Positions 55,278 through 64,000 of a stretch of DNA of 64,000 nt are shown here, piece after piece. The stretch covers positions 198,710,001-198,774,000 of the forward strand of contig OX597815.1 of NCBI GenBank assembly GCA_951406725.2, in the 5' to 3' direction. The notes under the pieces are model-generated. The model did not search any database, was not told the origin of the DNA, and was given only the letters and a program-made list of their open reading frames with translations. A program made the translations under genes and the position numbers. The DNA comes from Octopus vulgaris. Lineage: Eukaryota. Each line of letters opens with the position of its first letter. Position 1 is the stretch's first letter.

Positions 55278-58200
55278 ACAAGTTCACGTACATACATGTT
55301 TGTGTATGCGTCTGTTTAAACAGACTTTACTTTTAATCAGATTGCCTGCCTATCTCATCAATGTTTTTACCCAGTTAAACCAAGGAGGTATGGAGAATAT
55401 TTTGCGAAATATATTGCTTCATAGTTTTTTTCTTATTTTTGTTACTGTTATCGTTCTTTATTTTTATTGCTTTTTATTATTTAGTTGCCACCTATCTCGT
55501 ATATATTTACCAATCAATATTCTGTTAGTTTCTTTTACTGCTGTCTATGGTATCTCTATCATATATATTTTTTATTTAATGTTTCACCTTCTTTTTCCGA
55601 TATATATCAACGTATGTGCCACGCCACTGCAAATGTCAAAACAGTAATCGTAATCTTTTCCATTTATTCTGAGTAAGTATCAATTTTGTTCGATTCAGTT
55701 TTACGTTGATAATCTACCGAGAGCTAAATTGATTCGATCTGATCTGAGGTGATTTGCTATACAGCCGATTATACTTAGTTTTGTTCACTTTTTGTTACAA
55801 CGTTAACCATCCTATATCATGTTACTCAGTGTCTGATCTCTTGCCCGCTTGCGTTTAAAGAACTTCAGCCATTTATATATTTTTTTTTCTTTTGCTTGTT
55901 CCACACATTTGCCTGCAGCCATCCAAGGCATCGTCTTGAAGGGTTTGTCGTACGAACCGCCCTTAGTAGTTATTCTTTTCAAGTCTGGGACTTACTCTAT
56001 CGGGCACGTTTGCCGAACCGCTAGAGTCTCTGGGATATTTATTAAACGATGTAGGAAAAAAACACCAAAAAGTACAGAAATAAAAGAAAAACACGAATAG
56101 AAAAAAACGCAGATAGAATACTTCCCATCTATCACATTCACTCATAAGTCATTGGTTAGCCTGATGTTGTAGTCGAAGACATTTTCTCTCGGGGTTATCC
56201 AGTAGGACTGTAGGACAAAGCCCCAAGCCATATCTTACCCTCACTAAAATAATATTCTTAGATCTGCATCTTTTAGGTCAACTGGTTAATCAAATTTTAT
56301 TTAGAAGAATCAACTATTTTTCCCTTGTTATCCTTCGTTTAGCATGTCAGTTGTTCCTTCAAAACTTCATCCAAGCCTGATTTTATATATTTATGTCTAT
56401 CCGCCATGTTTGCAAAGGAAATAATGCAGCAGTTCTATTATTTTGTTTATCACATTTCACCATATTTTCCATCGTTTATTATATTCATCAATGCATATTT
56501 CACCCACATTGCTTACAGTAAAGCATATTATTCTACTTAGTAATTACCCTATTGTGCACCAACCTTTTGTTATCGTTGCTTAACATCTTTCTTATAAGCT
56601 AATAATGTATTTTAATAAATTAGTTTCAAATAATCCCTGTAAAGGAATACTGAAAATAATCCTAAGTGATAACTGCTAACCATAAAAACGTGTTAATAAA
56701 TAAACGTTTTATTTACACAAGATGGGATTAAGGTGACCTGAAAACATACAGCACTGCAAACAGTATGCTTGCAAACGCGCACACACAAAGCCATATGTGC
56801 ATAGACTGACCCACACGCATACGCAAACACATACTACTTAGAACAACAGCGTCAAGAGTGTTTATATTGGCTATAGTCATGTAAGATGTGATGATTGTCG
56901 GTGCCTTCTTGGTCAGAAATTTCGGCAATAATTCCTGATTCACTCACATGACCGCCATTAGAAACTACTTTATAAAATACTCTCTCGAAGCCACCACTGA
57001 TATTGACCCAGAAATCGGTATATCCCATTCTTAACATTTCTAACATGTGACTTCATCACAACCTCAACAGTCAACATTGAACACTTACATAAACTGTTCT
57101 TACTGATTCGCCGTCCATACCACTCCTAGGGTCATGAAGTCCTTCTTTACGCTGTTTCTGTACACACACGTTTCGTCAGAGACAACAAAGACGGTTGAAC
57201 CAACACAAAAGCCTCTACCTTTTTGCTGATCATGCTCGTAAAGGAAACAGTATCATCCTCAAAATAAACAAGTTCGTTGCTTCGTAATGTATACATTATG
57301 GGTGCTTTGTCTCAATCATATCTATAGGTCTTAACTAACACTACGTAATAGATATAGATATATTATCCCTATATATAAGGTCTTCGTGGACAGAAAAATG
57401 CTAAAAAATTTCCAAGTTGGCCTTCTCAATGTATGTAAGTTCTCAGTAATAGTATATGTATAATCAGTTTAATTCCCTATCGAGGTACTCAGTCGCCGGC
57501 AAAATCATAGCACAAGATTGAAAATTGTCCATTTGATTCCTTTCTTCTTGTACTGGACGTAAACTAAAGTCATTTACACTTTTGTACGAAGACAAGTCAT
57601 ACGGTTTTTGTTTGGTATACATAGCACTGGCAAAATCGATAGACCTATTCTGCAGTAGAGAAAGCTTTAGATTATGTATCTATCGTTGCACCTAGAAACA
57701 AGAATAGCAAAAACAGCAATGAATTTCATAATTTGTCTGATGGATCAGGATTAAGCAGAGGCCACACAAGGGGCACATAATATGTTTATCATCAACCTGA
57801 ATTGCATTCAAATACACGCGTGGAAATTTAATCGAATTACCCTTCGCTATTGAATGCTTTTCAACGCAGCAAAATAATATGAAAGCAAACAATATAATGC
57901 TAAACTTATAATAGTAATAAACAGCAATCTTACCATCGAAATTATCGACACCTTAGCCAGGTAGCCATCAATAAACCCCAACAACTGGCCAATATCGCGC
58001 CTAGCAGGATTCCCTTACCAAATACATTACTATAGGGAAATATAACGGAAATATAATTTGGCAAAGAATAGGAAATAGCTGAAATAAATAATTGAATGCA
58101 TAACAACAAAAACAACGCCAAAGAAACAACAATAATAATAATAAAAAATCTATAGAAAGTAAATATTGTCTACGTATATACGTGTGTTTGTATGTTTTTC

Positions 58201-58392
58201 TGTTTGGTTTTGTTCTGGAGTAATGTATGTCGATGCTGAGTGTCTATATATTTATGTTTGCGTATGTATAAATGCGCATCTATAAATTCATGCAAACATA
58301 CGTACAGACGCTGACACACTCACATGTATATATCTATGCATATTTGCATATATATATATATACGCACATACGTATGCATATTATATATATTA

Positions 58393-58449
<57 letters not shown>

Positions 58450-58652
58450 GTATATATATGAGTCACTTTCAGCTTTGTGTTCATGTGTCAGCGTTTGTCT
58501 GTCTACGATAAATGAGACCACGTATTTATTGTCTGTGCGTGTGTGTGTATATGTGTATGTGAGTGCGTTCATTCATGCGTGCGTCTGTGTGTGTGTGTGC
58601 ATAACACAAAGAACTGTACGAAGAAGGAGAAAAATAGAATGCTATATACATA

Positions 58653-58707
<55 letters not shown>

Positions 58708-58934
58708 TTATATAGGCATGTATGTATGTATATATATATATATATATATATACAAACACACCATGCTTACACGAATATGAATTTCTATATATAAATGTGT
58801 ATGTGTTTGTGTATCTTTATGACCTAATCCTACAACAGATATAGATACAAGCATACCTATATTATAGAATAATTGCGTACGTATCTTTTCTACGCATATA
58901 TTTCTTCGTAGACGACAGATAACACATGTAGAAT

Positions 58935-58965
<31 letters not shown>

Positions 58966-59944
58966 CGAGAGAGAGAGAAAGAGAAAGAGAGAGAGGAAGA
59001 GTGAGAGGATGGGTGAGATGAAGAGAGGGGTGGGAGAGAGGGAAAGTGAAAGAGAGGACGAATAGACGAATAAATTGCATACAGGAATATATAAAACATA
59101 TTGCAAACACACGTACGTGTAATGTGTATATGTAGTTGTATATATGTATGTATATTTGTGTGTGTCTGTGCGTGTGTGTGTGTGTGTATGTGTTTGTTTG
59201 TTTGTTTGTTTATGTATTTGTGTGCTTGCGTACGTGTCATTCTGTTGTGTGTGCGTGTGAACATATATCCAAGCGTATTTTCTGTATCATAAAGTTTGAG
59301 TGTGTATCTGTGTAAAGTGAAAAACAGACTCAAAACAGTGGGGGAAAAAATGAGAATTTTCTTGAAAATTCTATCCTATATCTCATGAATTATTATTTTC
59401 CATTATCTTGCTGCTTTTTTAATCATTTCTCTTTTCCGACATCTATATTTTATATTTTTATTTTAATATGTATGTGTGTGTGTATAGAAAGGAAATAGCA
59501 TCATGACCACCATCATCATCGTCATCGCCGTCCTCCTATTCATCATTATCATCATCATCGCCGTCATCCTCATCTTCACTAGTAGTAGTAGTAGTAGTAG
59601 TAGTGATGACAATAATAGTAATAATATTAATAATGTGATGAAGACGCACGACAGCAACAACAGCAGCAACAACAGCAGCAACAACATGAAAACAAATGAG
59701 AATAGAACATATTAAATTGAATATTAAAAATGAAAAAACAAAATGTGTTACAGAAATTGAAAATGTAAATGACAGAAATATATATTCATAACATGTGTTG
59801 CTGGTTCCTTCAGGAAGCAAGAAACATCCGGCAGTCTGTCGCGGTTTTTTTTTTCCCCTCGGATAACACTGGTAAATATGTCTGAGAAATGCTTGGACAT
59901 CATATGTCAGTATGTACGATGTGTTCGTTAGAAATTCAACCATG

Positions 59945-60110
59945 ATGGGGGTTTTGTTATGTGGGAAGTAGATTGTTTTCCGACCGTATGACTTGCGGTT
60001 CGGTTCTACCGCGCGACATCTTGAGCAAATGCCTTCAACAATAGCCTCGGGCCGAAAAAAGCATTGTGTGAATTTGTTAGACAAAAAAACTGGGTAGAAT
60101 CATATCATAT
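59945..60110 (+). mobile_element. Degenerate SINE family A head and body (others at ~39330-39420, 42055-42360, 50370-50610, 55900-56210)
   Basis: ATAGCCTCGGGCCGA..GCATTGTGTGAATTTGTTAGAC matches the family A body. Confidence 0.6.
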
Positions 60111-60150
60111 ACGTATATGTACGTGTGTGTATATGCGTACTTGTATTTGT

Positions 60151-60209
<59 letters not shown>

Positions 60210-60249
60210 CATACATACATACATACACACACACATATATATAAATTAT

Positions 60250-60304
<55 letters not shown>

Positions 60305-60307
<3 letters not shown>

Positions 60308-60368
60308 TGCTATTAAGTTAGACATGGCTTGGACCAATCTTTGGTCGAAATATATCTAAGTTTATGTA

Positions 60369-60373
<5 letters not shown>
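60305..60373 (+). mobile_element. Terminal ~69 nt of the CR1-like LINE, embedded in (TA)n
   Basis: TGGTGCTATTAAGTTAGACATGGC.TGGACCAATCT.TGGTCGAAA.ATATCTAAGTTT is the reverse complement of 33241-33309. Confidence 0.88.
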
Positions 60374-60437
<64 letters not shown>

Positions 60438-60875
60438 AATTTATAAACAAGGGCAAAAGAAAAAATGTTTCTATGCCAATATGCTGAGAATAGACTTTAA
60501 ATCGTGAATCATCTCATTACAATATACATTCGCCATGAATACACGTCGTGCTGAAATCGAGGAAGGCAAGCTAACAGATTTTTTTTTAAAATTCGTTATC
60601 TGTATATTGAATCAATTTCGGAATTAATCCCACGGATTTTTCCCTCTTCAGTAGAGAATGTGATAAGAAATAAATGAAATACCTAAAAGCACCCTTGGAA
60701 AAAAGCAGAAGCAAGAGTCATGTGTACACATAAGTAACCCAGTTATATCTCAATGTAGTTATATCTACAGTTAGTTCTGGATTTAGGTGACCAACTACAT
60801 ATTCTACCTTTGCCATTGGCAACTCATATACACATTTGTTTCCTTCTATGTATATTTGTATTCGTTTGCGTGCAT

Positions 60876-60978
<103 letters not shown>

Positions 60979-62023
60979 TGTGTGTGTGTGTGTGCGTGTG
61001 TGTTAAAGTAGCTCTTTAATTTTTGTAAGGGGTGAAAAATTCCGAGCAGAAATCAAAAATGCCACTTTTTCCAGCAGAGTTATCTCACCTTAAGCCACGT
61101 ATGTCAAAAAATAGAAGTGGGTATCTTACTAGATCGATGATTTATTTAATTGCCCCACGAAGTAATGGAATCGATATCATCGATCAAAACACTCAATGGC
61201 ATTGCTCCAGCATACCCGTATTTTACATCCGAAAGCATTAAAAAAAAAAGAATAATTGAAAACGATTATACATTCTATTGTGTAGAGAATTTATGGAAGG
61301 CATGTTCTATCACGCAATGCTGCATCAATTTCTCTCGAACAACGACCACTAAAATCTGAGAATATAAACACAAACGTCACAGAGGTATTTCTTGTCAGTT
61401 GTAGGATGCGGAAAATTGGCTGAATCGTTAGAAACTCGAACTGCGTTATTATTCCAGTTTTTGTGTTGTGGTTTCAAACCCCACTATGATCAACTTTGGT
61501 TTCTATACGTACTAAGTCGATGAAATATTAGTTAAAAACTTTGGTCGATTCGTCACACATTCTCTCTGTCTCTATTTCCCTTGCTCACTCGCTCTCTGTT
61601 GGGCCACGTTGTGGTGTAATGATGTTCCTGGGGTCCGACTCACAGCGTTCTTTTATCCAAAGTTAAAAAAAAAGATTGTTCCATTCTTTAGCAACAAATT
61701 TTCATGACGAAAGTGTTTTGTTACTGCAACGGTTCAGAGACAGCACGATGTCCAATTCTTCACAGACAGGGTATTGAGAGAGAATTCATATTTACGATGA
61801 ATAAGCCAGTATTTAGACTAGCTTTTTGTATCAATGACATATTGATATTTTTACTTTTATATTCAGCAATGTATATTATCGTAACTCAGAGTCAGCAGTA
61901 TATAGAGAGATGGCAAATCAGGCTCCAGTTCGGATATCCAAGTGATATGGAACCAGTTTTTCTTTTACATTATTTACATTATTTACATTTGACGGATACT
62001 TATCCTCATCTTGTTTGTTGTTA

Positions 62024-62067
62024 ACACAACGTTTCGGCTGATATACCCTCCAGCCTTCATCAGGTGT
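62024..62067 (-). ncRNA. Minimal type-I hammerhead ribozyme
   Basis: Identical to 22051-22094. Confidence 0.85.
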
Positions 62068-62141
62068 CTTGGGGAAACTTCGAACCTCCGTTCTCATTCC
62101 TAAGGTATTTTTCGATGTTGTTGTTATTATTATTATTATTA

Positions 62142-62191
<50 letters not shown>

Positions 62192-62208
62192 GTTGTTGTT
62201 GTTGTTGT

Positions 62209-62241
<33 letters not shown>

Positions 62242-62308
62242 TATTATCATCACCACCATCATCATCATCAACATTATTATTATCATTATTGTTATATTAT
62301 TATTATTA

Positions 62309-62378
<70 letters not shown>

Positions 62379-62382
<4 letters not shown>

Positions 62383-62705
62383 TAGTTTTATTTTTATAGC
62401 GTGCTTTCACTTCACTACCGAGCGCAGCTCTGTGTGCCTTGGGTATGTGCTGTGATTTGTTGTGTTGCTCTGATGGTTATTGTATGGAAAGTGTTCTGCG
62501 TAGGATGTGTGCAGTGCCTAGTAGTGCAATTTTATGTATGTTATATGTGTTTGTAAGTCCTGGTGTTTTTGTTATGTATTTGTCTGAATATTTTTTTATC
62601 ATGCCTAATGCACCTACTATGATAGGAATTGTTTCTGTTTTCAGGTTCCACATTCTAGTTACCTCTATTTCCAGGTCTTTGTATTTTGAGAGTTTCTCCA
62701 TTTCT
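62379..62705 (-). mobile_element. R4/Dong-type LINE 3' end nested in the (AAT)n spacer of the hammerhead element
   Basis: EKLSKYKDLEIEVTRMWNLKTETIPIIVGALG...LLGTAHILRRTLSIQ* plus 3' UTR, then (AAT)n. Confidence 0.88.
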
Positions 62706-62725
62706 TCTTCTTCTTCTTCTTCTTC

Positions 62726-62808
<83 letters not shown>

Positions 62809-63711
62809 TAGGTCACTGCTTGGAATCGAACTCGGAATCATGGGGTTAGCAACCCGCGCTCTTAACCACTACATATATCTCCAACAAAGTATCTGTTGTG
62901 TTAACAGCAAACAAGACGAGGACAAATATCCGTCAAATGTAAATAATGTGAATAATGTACATAATTCCACAACTCTTAAATATAGAACAGTTTTCCTTTT
63001 ATTTAAAAAAATTTCAGAGTGTTGTTTCATTCAGATTTAGCTGATTTATTTAATAGTTTGTATATTTCTCGAAGAGATATGAGTATTTGTGTTTTAGCTT
63101 TCTGAAATGGCATTTGTTCTTGTTTGTTTTGACTTCTGGAACTTAAGCAAAATTTTGGATCAAAATAGTTCCAAGCTTTTACTTTTTTATATTTATTTAC
63201 ATATATCTCCAACAAAATATCTGTTTTACACTTCTTTTTTTTTATTTTCAGTGGGTTAACCAAATGAGAAAGAGCCGCCCGTATAGCTGTTTTCCAAATG
63301 TTCGGAAGAGAATGTTATCCTCAGTCCGAATATATGAACCGAAACCTTTCAAACGGAATTGACTTCACTAAATATAGCTGACATCAAGTCGATGGCGATA
63401 AACCAGGTGACTAATAAGTCTACAAAACTCTGATGTCAATGTCGCCGAAAAAAAAAATTGATCATTTTTTTCAGAATAAGAATATGAAAAACGAAAATCA
63501 TATTGGTTTCTTTCAACTTCCACAAAGCACGATTTTGATTGAAAATATATTTTAATATTGGAGCAGTACAAAAAATTGCTTTGAAATTAAATCATTTCTC
63601 CCAAGATTTAAAAGAATAATCATAACAGTATTCTACTCAGAAATACAGATGTATGTGTGTGTATGTGTGTACTCACATTTGCATTTATATGTATATGTAT
63701 ATGTATATGTA

Positions 63712-63757
<46 letters not shown>

Positions 63758-63758
63758 G

Positions 63759-63827
<69 letters not shown>

Positions 63828-64000
63828 TATATTTATTCGCACACACATACTTATATTTGTATTGAAAAATTTCGAATGCATTGCAGGTGTTTATTCCTGA
63901 AGAAATATAGAACATAATACTTCGCTTCTATAATTTTATTTTCATACGATGCCCGTCAATACTATACGACCTCATACTCGTACTCCATCTCAAATATTGT

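Larger units (their letters stand above)
61967..62987 (-). mobile_element. tRNA-headed hammerhead element, copy 3 (with nested Dong fragment and inverted tail)
   Basis: Head 62810-62872 GTAGTGGTTAAGAGCGCGGGTTGCTAACCCC..GAGTTCGATTCC; HHR 62024-62067; inverted tail 62895-62987; TSD CAGTTTT(T/C)CTTTTA at 61954-61967 and 62988-63001. Confidence 0.88.

Noticed and set aside
56840-57240. Possible mariner remnant on minus (VSDETCVY, HILHD)
   Set aside because: Only two weak motifs; cannot be supported without a profile search.
62810-62872. Possible tRNA-Ser gene (and other tRNA-like heads)
   Set aside because: No acceptor stem or long variable arm; always attached to repeat bodies.

Overview
AT-rich, microsatellite-saturated eukaryotic DNA with one 100-N assembly gap and no supportable host gene. 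The 5S-like sequence and SINE types suggest an octopus or other coleoid cephalopod (inference). Nearly all ORFs in the track are simple-repeat artefacts. Real content: four tRNA-headed SINE families, six decayed R4/Dong-type (restriction-like endonuclease) LINE fragments tied to (TAA)n, a CR1-like LINE and CR1-like 3' ends, Tc1/mariner and Tigger-like remnants and MITEs, and a 5S rRNA pseudogene. The most striking signal is a dense set of minimal type-I hammerhead ribozyme (HHR) motifs (CUGANGA...GAAA with a palindromic stem III) in several unrelated non-coding repeat families. One family has three copies here (21994-22531, 31488-31942, 61967-62987) built as tRNA-like Pol III head + (AAT)n + hammerhead + AT-rich tail. 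Each copy is joined to an inverted copy of its own 3' end, and two are flanked by apparent target-site duplications. This looks like a Pol III-driven, ribozyme-bearing retroelement mobilised by Penelope-like machinery. All folds and alignments were done by eye; no searches were run.
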